From an uncultured delta proteobacterium (lineage in GTDB: Bacteria; Desulfobacterota; Desulfobaccia; Desulfobaccales; 0-14-0-80-60-11): DNA of 64,000 nucleotides. The position numbers and the translations under genes are program-made. This document shows positions 9,454 through 19,048 of this stretch, one piece after another (the stretch's first letter is position 1; every line of letters begins with the position of its first letter). The stretch lies in NCBI GenBank assembly GCA_963812015.1, contig CAWETI010000002.1, positions 960,001-1,024,000 on the forward strand, written 5' to 3'. The notes under the pieces are model-generated. The model made no database searches, was not told the DNA's origin, and saw only the letters and a list, made by a program, of their open reading frames with translations.

Positions 9454-10122
9454 ATGCCAAAACCTTATGTAGAGAGCTGGCCCCGGACGTATGTGGAGGC
9501 GGTGGCCCTGCAGGAGAAACTGCGCCATCGTATCCGACTTATTCCTCTCCCGCGGCCGCCCCGGCTGGTGGCCGGGGTCGATGCCATCTGCGACCGGGAG
9601 GATAAGCGCATCTTCGGGGCCGTGGCGGTGTATAGCTATCCGGAAATGGCATTGGTGGAGGAGGCGGGAGTGGCGGGGGAGTGTCCGTTTCCCTACCGTA
9701 CGGGGCTCTTAAGCTTTCGGGAGGTCCCTATTCTCGCCGCGGCGTTAGCGCGACTGAAGGAGCGCCCGGACGTGGTCCTGGTGGACGGCCAGGGGATTGC
9801 TCACCCCCGGGGATTGGGTCTGGCGGCGCATCTGGGCTTGGTGGTGGATATGCCGACGATTGGCGTGGCGAAAAGTCGGCTGGTGGGGGATGAACAGGAA
9901 CCGGACCTGGCGGCCGGTTCATATAAGCCGTTAATTTGGCAGGGAAACCTGGTAGGATTAATCCTGCGGACCCAACCGGGCAGAAAACCCCTTTACCTGT
10001 CCCCCGGGCACCGCATCACCCTGCCGGAATGTCTGGAGATCACTCTGGGTTGCGTCACCAGGTACCGGCTGCCCCTGCCGGTGCGGCAGGCGGATATCCT
10101 GAGCCGGCGCCTGAGGGCCTAA
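9454..10122 (+). CDS. nfi: Endonuclease V
   Basis: AGVD, FPYRTGLLSFRE, LVDGQGIAHPR, IGVAKS, SPGH. Confidence 0.95.
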   Translation: MPKPYVESWPRTYVEAVALQEKLRHRIRLIPLPRPPRLVAGVDAICDREDKRIFGAVAVYSYPEMALVEEAGVAGECPFPYRTGLLSFREVPILAAALARLKERPDVVLVDGQGIAHPRGLGLAAHLGLVVDMPTIGVAKSRLVGDEQEPDLAAGSYKPLIWQGNLVGLILRTQPGRKPLYLSPGHRITLPECLEITLGCVTRYRLPLPVRQADILSRRLRA

Positions 10123-10415
10123 ACCCTGGGCCAAGGATTCTGGCGCAACCCGTCGGCGGCGTTCGCGTCGAAGAGCAGGTCCCGGTAAAGCGGGCAGACG
10201 TGATAACCAGAATTACTGCAGCGCTGCTTGCCGGAATCCCACTCCCACCAGAGACAGTTTTCGCAAACCCCCCGCATCTCCCGGTTGAGACAGATTCGTC
10301 CCGCCTCCCCGAAGTTGACCATCAACCGCTTCCCCCCGATTTCCTCTTCTGGAAGCAGGGTAAAGTTACTTCTAGAATCGGAACCCCACAAATATTTGAT
10401 AAACCAAGTGCTCAT
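10119..10415 (-). CDS. Small Cys-rich hypothetical protein
   Basis: Likely start MSTWFIKY; CENCLWW...C...C cluster; abuts the nfi stop. Confidence 0.5.
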   Translation of the reverse strand: MSTWFIKYLWGSDSRSNFTLLPEEEIGGKRLMVNFGEAGRICLNREMRGVCENCLWWEWDSGKQRCSNSGYHVCPLYRDLLFDANAADGLRQNPWPRV

Positions 10416-10519
10416 GAAAATCAAATTATTTCTTTGATGGCCCGGGGGGAGCCGAAAGGCCAGAGGGCGGAGGCTGGCAAGACGGACCGGCGGCTTCGGC
10501 ATTTCCGGGACTCTTCCCC

Positions 10520-10978
10520 TTAAAAAAAATCGCTTTTGGTAAAGATCAGGGGGTGGCTCTGGGGATGGAGGATTTTGGCTTCCACCGCCTCACCCACGAA
10601 CAGGGTATGGTCGCCCGCGGCGTAGGTGTACACCAGCTTCAGGTCAAGGTAGGCGTACGCCTGGGGCAGGACGGGCGCGCCGCTGGAGGCCGGGACCCAA
10701 TCCAGCCCGGCGAATTTGTCGATTTTGCGGCCGCTTTTGTAACCGAAGCGTTTGGCCAGGTCCACCTGCTCGCTGGTCAGCACGTTGATGGCAAAGATGC
10801 CGCTCTCCTTGATCAGGGTATGGGAATAGCGGGGCGGGGCAATGGATACCATAACCAGCAGGGGGTTGAGGGACACCTGGGACACCCAGGCCGCGGTCAT
10901 GCCGTTGATCTTCTCGCCCAGGTGGGTGGTAACCACGTAAACTCCCTGGACCAGGGCCGTAAAGGCTACATCTTGCAT
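10520..10978 (-). CDS. Flavin reductase domain protein
   Basis: GVYVVTT, NGMTAAWVSQVS, GDHTLFVGE; RBS AAGGAG. Confidence 0.9.
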   Translation of the reverse strand: MQDVAFTALVQGVYVVTTHLGEKINGMTAAWVSQVSLNPLLVMVSIAPPRYSHTLIKESGIFAINVLTSEQVDLAKRFGYKSGRKIDKFAGLDWVPASSGAPVLPQAYAYLDLKLVYTYAAGDHTLFVGEAVEAKILHPQSHPLIFTKSDFF

Positions 10979-10995
10979 CTTGAGTCTCCTTCGGG

Positions 10996-11190
10996 TTAAG
11001 GGGAAGGCAGGACCGGATCAGTCGCCGGTGCAGCCGGCAAGGAGCGGTCGTCGGGCGCCATCCAGTCTTCGCAAATCCAGAACTTCCCCACCCCCTGGTT
11101 CAGGCGAGTGCACAGCCCCTTGTACCGGTAGACCCAGTAGCGGCAGGTGGAACAGACCTTCAACGGACGTTTCTCTAAGTTGCTACTCAT
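10996..11190 (-). CDS. Small Cys-rich hypothetical protein
   Basis: CSTCRYW...GLC...C; co-oriented between thiL and the flavin reductase. Confidence 0.55.
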   Translation of the reverse strand: MSSNLEKRPLKVCSTCRYWVYRYKGLCTRLNQGVGKFWICEDWMAPDDRSLPAAPATDPVLPSP

Positions 11191-11290
11191 GGACTGAGGC
11201 CTCTCTGTCGTCAGGCATAATCAGACTAAAAATTCTTGATGGTTGCGGCTGCCCCGGGTCAAGATGGCGCAAGGCATGCTCCAGAGCATG

Positions 11291-12322
11291 TTAAAGGTCT
11301 TCGGCTGCGAGGTCAAGGCGGAAATGGTCGTAGCCCTTGCCTGAGATATCGACCTCGCCCGCCGCGGTTTCCAGGATGACCCGGCCCCCGGGGACGATGC
11401 GCCCCAGCCGGCAGGGCGGCGCCAGTCCGGCCCGGGAGAATGACTGGGACAGGCGCTTCGCCACCTCCGGCGGGGAGGTGAACAGGAGGAGATAATCTTC
11501 CCCGCCGGTGAGGGCTAACTCCTGGGGGGCGCGGCCCAGATGCGGGGCCGCGGCCGTAACCCGGGGCGAGACCGGCAGGGTGGCGGCGGGGATGCGGGCT
11601 CCCACCCCGCTGGCCTGGCAGATATGGAACAGATCGGTGGCGACCCCGTCCGAGGTATCGATGAGGGCGGTGGCCAGGCCCTCTTTGGCCAGGAGGCGGC
11701 CGGCCCGGAGGTGGGGCCGGGGCTGGAGATGGGCCTCCAGTAACGGGGCTTTAAGGTCCGGGGGCAGAGTAAGGCCATGTCGCAAGATTTCCAGGCCGGC
11801 CGCAGCTTCCCCTAACGGCCCGGTGACGAAGACCACATCCCCGGTCTTTGCCCCGGAGCGCCGCAACATCTGGTCGACGGGCACCTGCCCCGTCAGGGTT
11901 ACGGTCACGATCAGGCCCCCGGGAGAGGCGACCGTGTCGCCGCCGATAACGGCTACGCCATACTCCCGGGCGGCTTGGGCCAGGCCGGCGGCAAAATCCA
12001 GGGCCAGACGGTGATCCCGGGCCGGGGGCCAGCCCAGGGACAGCAGGGCCTGGCGGGGTTCGCCGCCCATGGCGGCGATGTCGCTCAGGTTCACCGTCAG
12101 GGACTTCCAGCCCAACTGAAACAGGGAGGTAGAGGCCAGATTGAAGTGGACGCCTTCCACCAGGGTATCTATGGTCCACAGGAGATAATCGGAGCCGTTG
12201 AACTCCAGGGCGGCGCAGTCGTCGCCGATCCCCAGGATGACCGAAGGCGGGGCGGGGCCGAACTCCCGGCTTAGGGCGTTGATAAGGTCCCATTCGCTGG
12301 TGAGGGCATCTTCAGGCGGCAT
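11291..12322 (-). CDS. thiL: Thiamine-monophosphate kinase
   Basis: GIGDDCA, NLSDIAAMGG, GGDT, DTSDG, GGEDY, GYDHF. Confidence 0.95.
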   Translation of the reverse strand: MPPEDALTSEWDLINALSREFGPAPPSVILGIGDDCAALEFNGSDYLLWTIDTLVEGVHFNLASTSLFQLGWKSLTVNLSDIAAMGGEPRQALLSLGWPPARDHRLALDFAAGLAQAAREYGVAVIGGDTVASPGGLIVTVTLTGQVPVDQMLRRSGAKTGDVVFVTGPLGEAAAGLEILRHGLTLPPDLKAPLLEAHLQPRPHLRAGRLLAKEGLATALIDTSDGVATDLFHICQASGVGARIPAATLPVSPRVTAAAPHLGRAPQELALTGGEDYLLLFTSPPEVAKRLSQSFSRAGLAPPCRLGRIVPGGRVILETAAGEVDISGKGYDHFRLDLAAEDL

Positions 12323-12467
12323 CGGGCTCCGGGACCATGAACCTCAAAAATCGGGTTGAGAAAGCGGCTTTTTACGGGATAGGGGCTTCATAAGCCGAGT
12401 CACAGTCTTTGCTGGCGCAGGCTGAAAGCCAGCGGCCACCGCCGCGGGGAACTCCCGACCGTTCCCC

Positions 12468-13214
12468 CTATTCCCGGCTCCTGAGTTTGGCCAGCAGCCT
12501 CAGCATCTCGAGGTAGAGCCAGATCAGGGTGACCATGAGGCCGAAGGCCCCATACCACTCCATGTATTTTGGGGCTCCTTGGGCGGCCCCCTGTTCGATA
12601 AAATCGAAGTCCAGCACCAGGTTCAAGGCCGCAATGACGACCACAAAAAGGCTGAAGCCGATGCTGACCCAACTGTTTTGATACATGAGGGGCATCCGGA
12701 TGCCGAAAAAGCCCAGGACCAGGGTGAGGAGATAGAACAGGGCGATGCCGCCGGTGGCCGCCACCACTCCCAGTTTAAAATTTTCGGTGGCCCGGATCAT
12801 TCCGGATTTGTAAGCCAGCAGCATGGCCAGGCAGGTGCCTAAGGTCAAGCCCGCGGCCTGGATGACGATGCCGGGGAATTGGGATTCGAACAGGGCGGAG
12901 ATGCCGCCGATAACCAGCCCTTCCAGGAGGGCGTACAGAGGGGCGGTGACGGGCGCCCAGGTCTGCTTGAAGATGGTGACCAGGGCCACGACGAGGCCGC
13001 CGATGGCTCCCACCGCCAGCCAGGGGGCTACCACCTGGGGGTTCATGGCCTGGTAATACTTGCTCCAAATCCAGGAGGCGGTCACCAGGACGCACAGCAG
13101 CAGCAAGATGGCCTTGTTGGCGGTCCCCTGGATGGTCATGGCCGCTTCGCTCCGGGCGAGGCGTCCGACCCCGGTAAAGGTATTGTCGCTGAGGGCTGGA
13201 TTGCCGGTCCTCAT
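12468..13214 (-). CDS. Bax inhibitor-1/YccA family membrane protein
   Basis: Multi-TM protein with NLVLDFDFIE and GLMVTLIWLYLEMLRLL. Confidence 0.88.
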   Translation of the reverse strand: MRTGNPALSDNTFTGVGRLARSEAAMTIQGTANKAILLLLCVLVTASWIWSKYYQAMNPQVVAPWLAVGAIGGLVVALVTIFKQTWAPVTAPLYALLEGLVIGGISALFESQFPGIVIQAAGLTLGTCLAMLLAYKSGMIRATENFKLGVVAATGGIALFYLLTLVLGFFGIRMPLMYQNSWVSIGFSLFVVVIAALNLVLDFDFIEQGAAQGAPKYMEWYGAFGLMVTLIWLYLEMLRLLAKLRSRE

Positions 13215-13504
13215 AGGTTTCCTCCCAACCTTAAATATTCAATCCAGTTTATCAGGATTTCTGCTTCCGGGAAACAAAAAGGCGGCGGGGGTTTTACAGG
13301 GGGGAGGGGCGGTCAATCGCCGCAGGCGCCGTACTCTTGGGCGGCCCCGGCGTCTTGCCGATGACCGCGCCGGCGAAACTTTTCTGTAGTGATGGAGGCG
13401 CACCCTCCTGACGGGGACGGTCGCCCCACCGGGACTAACCTGCGGGGGGGTGCCCTGCCCGCCGGGAAACAGGTTCGGGCTTGGTGGCGGCCGCCAGGCC
13501 CTGG

Positions 13505-14971
13505 TCAGACCATGGACTTGGCTTCGTCGCCAATGGTGTCGTAGTCGGTGACGCCCATGGGTTTGACAAAATAGGTCTGGCAGACGTAATCCAGTTCCTG
13601 GGAGGTGAGTTGGGGAGTCTGCTCCAGGAACCGGGCCCGGTCCATCAGGTTCTCGATCAGGTCCCGGGGGTGGCAGGCGCAAAAGGGCCGGGAGGAAATG
13701 ACATAGTAGCGGGCCATCATGTCCCGGATGACTTCCGGGTCAAAGGCGATTTGGTTCTGGGCGCAGACGCGGCGGAAGATTTCCAGATACTGTTCCGGGG
13801 AGACATAGCCGATAAATATTTTGTGGCGGATACGTCTGAGGAAAGCCTCATCCGCCAGGCTGAAGGGGTTCAGGTTCGTGGAAAAAATGATGAGCTGGTC
13901 GAAAGGCACGCCGAACTGTTGGCCCGTATGGAGGCAACAGAAGTCTTGCCGGGTTTCCAGGGGATATATCCAGCGGTTAAGCAATTGCCGGGGGGTAATC
14001 TTCTGGCGTCCGAAGTCATCGATGATGAACACCCCGTTATTGGCTTTCAACTGATGGGGGGCCTCGTAAAACTTTAGATGGGGATTGAATTTCAGTTCCA
14101 GGGCATCTTCGGTCATCTCCCCCCCGGCGATGACAATGGGCCGCCGGCACAGAGCCCAGCGTTTGTCATGTGGTGGGGTCTCCGGGGTTGGGGGCACCGG
14201 CTGGTGGGTGAGTTCGTCGTACAGCCGGATGACCTGCCCATAAACAAACAGGGCATAAGGGACGTAGACCGCATCCTGGTAGGCATGGCCGATACAATTG
14301 GCCATGATCGTTTTGCCGTTGCCCGAGGGACCGAAGAGAAAAATGGACCGGCCGCTGTTGATGGCTGGACCGAGTTTCGTGAGGAAATGCTCGGGTACGA
14401 CATAATCGGCGAAGACTTCCTTAAGGCGCCCTTTCTCCACCTTGACCTGATTGATGGACTGGGCCTCCACCCAATCCCAGTAATCCTCCAGGGGCACCGG
14501 AGCCGGCCCCACGTACCGGTTTGACTCCAGGCACTGCTCGGCGTGGAGTTTCCCGGCGTCGGTCAAGGTATAGCGCATATCCAGGGCGAGATGGTTTTGT
14601 TGGGTCAGGGAATCCCGGGCTTTAACCTGGACATACCCCTGGCCTTTCAGATACGCGAAGAGATCTTCCACCAAGCGTCGAGAGATCTTTAAATCTTGCG
14701 CCATCTCCTGGGTGGAGATGGCATCCCGAAAAAAGGCATGCTTGAGAAGGAGTTGGGTCAGAAGACTTTTTGGCAGGCCCAGGTCCTCAAAGGTTTCCGG
14801 AATGGGGGGATAGGCGTGGACAAACTTGGCCAGCACCTCAGGTTCCACGAGGTTGAGGTCCAGGAGGTGTTTAGCCAGGAACCCGCGGGATTTTTTTTGC
14901 CGAAACAGGGCCGGAGCTAATTGGTCGGGATCCAGGACTCCGGCTTTAACCAAACGTTGCGCCAGGTTCAT
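13505..14971 (-). CDS. AAA-type ATPase with N-terminal MshEN-like domain
   Basis: Walker A GPSGNGKT, Walker B FIIDDFGRQ, YVGPAPV; N-terminus LxxxLVxxGVLxxxQLxxALxxQ resembles MshEN. Confidence 0.8.
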   Translation of the reverse strand: MNLAQRLVKAGVLDPDQLAPALFRQKKSRGFLAKHLLDLNLVEPEVLAKFVHAYPPIPETFEDLGLPKSLLTQLLLKHAFFRDAISTQEMAQDLKISRRLVEDLFAYLKGQGYVQVKARDSLTQQNHLALDMRYTLTDAGKLHAEQCLESNRYVGPAPVPLEDYWDWVEAQSINQVKVEKGRLKEVFADYVVPEHFLTKLGPAINSGRSIFLFGPSGNGKTIMANCIGHAYQDAVYVPYALFVYGQVIRLYDELTHQPVPPTPETPPHDKRWALCRRPIVIAGGEMTEDALELKFNPHLKFYEAPHQLKANNGVFIIDDFGRQKITPRQLLNRWIYPLETRQDFCCLHTGQQFGVPFDQLIIFSTNLNPFSLADEAFLRRIRHKIFIGYVSPEQYLEIFRRVCAQNQIAFDPEVIRDMMARYYVISSRPFCACHPRDLIENLMDRARFLEQTPQLTSQELDYVCQTYFVKPMGVTDYDTIGDEAKSMV

Positions 14972-15108
14972 TGCAGTACCACCTCAAATAAGGTATTCGT
15001 CGCAAGGGTCTATCAGGCCATATTGACCCTGAGTCATAGCCAGTTTTTTAGGATCATGCGCAGGTGCTTATATGATTGGTCGAACTACGCGTTAAACCAA
15101 GCCCGCCC

Positions 15109-15279
15109 CTAAGAGCCTGAGGGGAACATACCCGCCGCCGAGGTGAAGATTGATAAGAGCTGAGTGCCAAGCGTTCCGACACTGGCGGCAATGGCGCTGG
15201 CTATGAACGCCACCAGCAGGGCATACTCCACTGCGGTAGCCCCGGACTCGTCCCAGGAAAACTTGAGTATCAGGCCCAT
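15109..15279 (-). CDS. flp: Flp family type IVb pilin (56 aa, absent from the ORF track)
   Basis: MGLILKFSWDESG|ATAVEYALLVAFIASAIAASVGTLG...; canonical G|xxxxEY motif; RBS AAGGAGG. Confidence 0.9.
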   Translation of the reverse strand: MGLILKFSWDESGATAVEYALLVAFIASAIAASVGTLGTQLLSIFTSAAGMFPSGS

Positions 15280-15389
15280 GATGGTTTCCTCCTTGCGAAA
15301 GTCTGGTCGACGCGATGGTGATTAGGTTTGACTCCGGACTCAATGGACATGGTGAACCTTGAACTTTCCTTGATTTTAGGGCCTCCGAA

Positions 15390-16397
15390 TCACGATCCGG
15401 ATGGGTGAATGATGATGGAGTCCAGCGGCACGTCTTCTGCTTCTGAAGGCTCCTCGGCCGCTTTCCAGGCCACCCGGGGCAGTCTGGATTCTTTCACGAG
15501 CCGCAGCGCGATCTGGTCCAGCCCCATCATGGCTTTGCTTTTCTTCTGGTGCAGGGGGAAGGGCACCATGTGACTGACGGCCGCTTCCACCCCGGAATCA
15601 AAGGGGACGTGCCCCATAATATCTGGCTGGATACTCAAGAAATCCCGGCACACCGAACTGATAATTTCGGGGGATTTCAGGTCGGCATTGCTCTTGACCA
15701 TATTGACCACCAGGAACATATGGAAATCCCACAAAGTCTGAGTCAGGCGGGCGTGTTTTTCCGGGTTGGTATGCTCAAAGTGGCTTAAAAAGTCCTGCAT
15801 CGAGTGGATGCTCTGTCCGCTCCCGGTTTCGCCGCCCTGGTATAAGAGCTGGAGGACTTCATTATCTTTGGCAAAATCCCGGGATAACTTCCGGTACAAG
15901 GCGCTCTTGATGAAGCCATAGGCATTTTGCAGGGAGGTGGCCTGGGAAGTGAATAAGGTAATTTTCCCCCCGGAGTAGTTGAAAAAATCCAACGTATTGA
16001 AGGAGGTGCCGGCCCCCAGGTCCAGGAGCACATACTGGGCCGGCAGCGCTTCGATCTGATTTAACAGCCTGATTTTTTGCGAATAAGTGGGGTTGGCCGC
16101 GCCCAGCAGATCATCCGCGCCGCAGATGAGGCCGATACCTTCAACGGAGGTTTCAATGATGGTATCTTCCAACCGGGTCACTTTCTTGGTCAGAAACTGC
16201 TCCAGGCTGACGTGAGGGTAACGCACTCCCATCAAGGTATGGAGATTGGCCCCGCCCAGATCGCCATCGATCAGGATGACCTTCTTGCCCATACGGGCCA
16301 GGGAGACCCCCAGTCCCAGGGTGATCAGGCTTTTGCCAATGCCCCCTTTACCGCCGCCTATGCTCCACAGCTTGATCCTGCTTAAGTTAGCCGGCAT
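15390..16397 (-). CDS. FlhG/MinD/ParA family ATPase
   Basis: Deviant Walker A GGKGGIGKS, DGDLGGANLH, LDLGAG. Confidence 0.85.
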   Translation of the reverse strand: MPANLSRIKLWSIGGGKGGIGKSLITLGLGVSLARMGKKVILIDGDLGGANLHTLMGVRYPHVSLEQFLTKKVTRLEDTIIETSVEGIGLICGADDLLGAANPTYSQKIRLLNQIEALPAQYVLLDLGAGTSFNTLDFFNYSGGKITLFTSQATSLQNAYGFIKSALYRKLSRDFAKDNEVLQLLYQGGETGSGQSIHSMQDFLSHFEHTNPEKHARLTQTLWDFHMFLVVNMVKSNADLKSPEIISSVCRDFLSIQPDIMGHVPFDSGVEAAVSHMVPFPLHQKKSKAMMGLDQIALRLVKESRLPRVAWKAAEEPSEAEDVPLDSIIIHPSGS

Positions 16398-16409
16398 GAT
16401 CTATTCTCC

Positions 16410-17048
16410 CTATACCTGGCGGGGTTTTTCCCCACCCGGTGACTGGGTAACTCGTTTTTGCCTGAATGACTGCACCACCTTTTGGGCGATCCCCAGGCTG
16501 CCCAGCAACCAGAATACCCACCCTAAGGTCTTGAAAGAGGAGGAACCGGTAAACTGGAGAGCCAAGCCTCCCACGAGCAACGCCATCCCGACGATATAGA
16601 AGTGGTGCACCAGGGGCGAATGCGTTGGCATTTCCTTCACCTGGTCATATCTCTCCCAGAGCCCTTTGATGTCTGGGGGGGTGTGTATCATGTGATCACT
16701 TAACCGTTTGAGCGCCTCCCGGGGCGGGTTGATCAGTTGTACTCCCACTTCCACCGGCGACCGGCCATCGCTGCTGGCCTTGGACCAGGAAAATATCGCT
16801 TTGCTCGTAAAAGGGTGCGGTTCTCCAGGGCTTGCCACGTGGAGGAGGCAATCCCGGCCGCGGTAACGGTCCCAGTCGGCTATGCGCACGGTGGCAGTCA
16901 CTGACACGGTAACCCCTCCCTGGGAGGACAGGTTTTTGATCAGCACGGGTATCAGGAGCGGCGTTTCCTCCCCCTGGCGGACAATCTCCAATATTGGGGC
17001 AGGGGGTTGAGAAGTGGCGGCCTCCGGTTTGGGGTGACCTGCATTCAT
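16410..17048 (-). CDS. PilZ-like domain protein with two C-terminal TM helices
   Basis: NLSSQGG (D/N-x-S-x-x-G-like) in a beta-rich region, VGVQL, two hydrophobic segments; RBS AAAGGAG before ATG 17048. Confidence 0.55.
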   Translation of the reverse strand: MNAGHPKPEAATSQPPAPILEIVRQGEETPLLIPVLIKNLSSQGGVTVSVTATVRIADWDRYRGRDCLLHVASPGEPHPFTSKAIFSWSKASSDGRSPVEVGVQLINPPREALKRLSDHMIHTPPDIKGLWERYDQVKEMPTHSPLVHHFYIVGMALLVGGLALQFTGSSSFKTLGWVFWLLGSLGIAQKVVQSFRQKRVTQSPGGEKPRQV

Positions 17049-17159
17049 ATCTTCTCCTTTATGTCGTCGTGAACCCGGCAAATGAGCGCCGCAGGGGAGG
17101 GGACGGGGCCCTCCAGCTTTTCCACCAATCCTGCGCCCGGCCTAGGGCGCTTCCCCCGC

Positions 17160-18716
17160 TCATGTGTCGTTTCGAGACCGGAAATACCCCCGGGCCATAA
17201 CGCCGGCCCGCTCCAATTTTTCACGGAAGGGCAGTCCACCATATTCGGGGTTGATGCTGATATAGTTCTTAAGACAAAAGATCACCATCTGGACTTTGTC
17301 TTGGTCATTGGCCAGATCGGGGTTCTGGGTCAAGAAATCACCGGCTGCCGCCTGGATTTCCTGGAGTTGCTGTTTTTTATAGGCATTTTGGTTACCTAAG
17401 GCATCCCAGGTGAATTCTATGGTGTTTTCCGGGGGTTTTGAGCCCGGTTCGGCCGGGTTGGCTGACGAGCCGGTGAAATATTGTTCCCATTGGGCCACCA
17501 GGTTGTCTATTTCCCCAGCCTGGTTCTTGGCGCCCGCCAGCATCGCTTCGTAGCGGCAGCTCTCCATGATGACCTTTTCACCCAGGCCGGCCAGTAACTG
17601 GAAGAACTGCCCCGAAACCGATTTATCAAAGCGCGGGGCGGCTGGCCCCTCCTTGTCCTGAAGGCTGGGCTCGGCCGGTCTAACCCCGGAAAACAAATCC
17701 AGGGTATCCGTAATGGGCTTGGTGGCAAGGGGAGCCGAGTCCGGGCCGGCGCCGGGTTTATCAGGCCATGCCGTCTCTGTCAGCCTGGCCGGCAGCCCCG
17801 GAACCGGGGCGGCCCCTGCCGGTTGACGCCGGGCCTGGTCGATTAATTCTTGGAAAAAACCCTCCTTATCCGGGTTGTTGCGAGCCTCCCCATGGGGAGC
17901 GTGCCACAGCAGACCCAGCAGCAAAGTCGGATCTTTGAGTCCCAGCCCCAGGGCCGTAGTCAAAATCCCCTGATAATATCCATCCTGAGAGGTAGGGGGC
18001 ACTAACAAGGCTTTCAACATGGCCTCGTGAGGGGAGATCATCTGGTAAATTTCCGACCAGGACGGCACTTCGGGTTTTGCCATGGCGGCGGGGATATACT
18101 CTTTGAGAAATTGCCAGACCGCTGGTTTGGGTGGCTGAGGCGGCGATTCCCAGGGGGGTTGGAGCCAGCGCCAGGGTTCTCGGGCTTGGGGCTCCAGAGA
18201 GGGCGGCACCAGCACCAGGCCGCCTTCGCCATAAATCAGCACCTGGGGCGCCAGAAAGTAGGAGGGCGGAATTTTCGCCTCGGCAGGCAGGGCATAAAAG
18301 TGCTGCTCCCGGCTTTCGCCCATGGTGGCGACACAGTCGGCCCGCCATTCTCCCCACTGGTCTAAAGACAGGGCCCCTTCGCCTTTGTTCACTTCCAGCA
18401 CCAGCAAATTGGAGGCCTTGCCCGTGCGGATGCCGATATTGATCTGTGATTGGTCCACCCCCAGGTCGGAAAGCTGCTGGGACCACAGGTCCACCGGCTG
18501 GCTGAGGTCCAATGTCAGCGGGGTGCCTTCCGGCGACTTCATGCCCACCAGGACCCAGCCCAACCGTTGGTAATGCGGCGCGTAGGTTACCAAGAGTTCC
18601 TTGAGATCCAGGTTCTCTTTCAGGTTGAGAATCCGGCCGATTTCCTCCCGGCCGATCCTGACGGAAAAATCCTTGGACGCCAAATCTGAGTCCTTCCAAT
18701 CCTGAGATTGAACCAA
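17160..18716 (-). CDS. Protein with degenerate bifunctional primase/polymerase (Prim-Pol) N-terminal domain
   Basis: YxxxGWxLV, NIGIRTG, LLVLEVN (vs LVLDVD), QHFY, GxGGLVLVPPS, WRW; Pro-rich linker and helical C-terminus. Confidence 0.7.
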   Translation of the reverse strand: MVQSQDWKDSDLASKDFSVRIGREEIGRILNLKENLDLKELLVTYAPHYQRLGWVLVGMKSPEGTPLTLDLSQPVDLWSQQLSDLGVDQSQINIGIRTGKASNLLVLEVNKGEGALSLDQWGEWRADCVATMGESREQHFYALPAEAKIPPSYFLAPQVLIYGEGGLVLVPPSLEPQAREPWRWLQPPWESPPQPPKPAVWQFLKEYIPAAMAKPEVPSWSEIYQMISPHEAMLKALLVPPTSQDGYYQGILTTALGLGLKDPTLLLGLLWHAPHGEARNNPDKEGFFQELIDQARRQPAGAAPVPGLPARLTETAWPDKPGAGPDSAPLATKPITDTLDLFSGVRPAEPSLQDKEGPAAPRFDKSVSGQFFQLLAGLGEKVIMESCRYEAMLAGAKNQAGEIDNLVAQWEQYFTGSSANPAEPGSKPPENTIEFTWDALGNQNAYKKQQLQEIQAAAGDFLTQNPDLANDQDKVQMVIFCLKNYISINPEYGGLPFREKLERAGVMARGYFRSRNDT

Positions 18717-19048
18717 CCATCGCCCGAGCGCAACTCGGCTGGTCTGTTAAGCGAGCGTCGGACCCGCCCAGCAGCCCTGCTCAGGTGCAAAGTCCGCCGA
18801 GCCTGGCCCTGGAAACGAGCTGTCTTAAGGTTTTGAAGACATTTTTACTGGAGAGGGGATGTTTCAGCAATCGGGGCAACCCTGATAATGGGGTTCTTTT
18901 TCCCCCAATTTCCAGGTAAGGGTTATGCCATAAAATGGGGGCCTAGCCTAAAAAACCGGTTGAAAAAGTCATGGTGGGGATAAACTTCGGGGTGGTGGGC
19001 GCTCCCGGAAGAGCAGATCAACGAGGCTGCGCCAGGTGCACAACGCCA

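Noticed and set aside
8062..9528. Long antisense ORFs (also 20548-21648, 27630-28958, 31846-33330 and others)
   Set aside because: Shadow frames of GC-rich genes on the opposite strand, with no independent motifs
15092..15343. 83-aa ORF in the track
   Set aside because: Alternative frame over the real Flp pilin gene
17160..18716. Prophage or plasmid replicon around the Prim-Pol gene
   Set aside because: No integrase, helicase, structural genes or att repeats nearby; composition matches the backbone
18915..18930. Sigma54 promoter for the Prim-Pol cluster (TGGCAT-AACCC-TTACC, minus strand)
   Set aside because: The -24 element is good but the invariant -12 GC is absent
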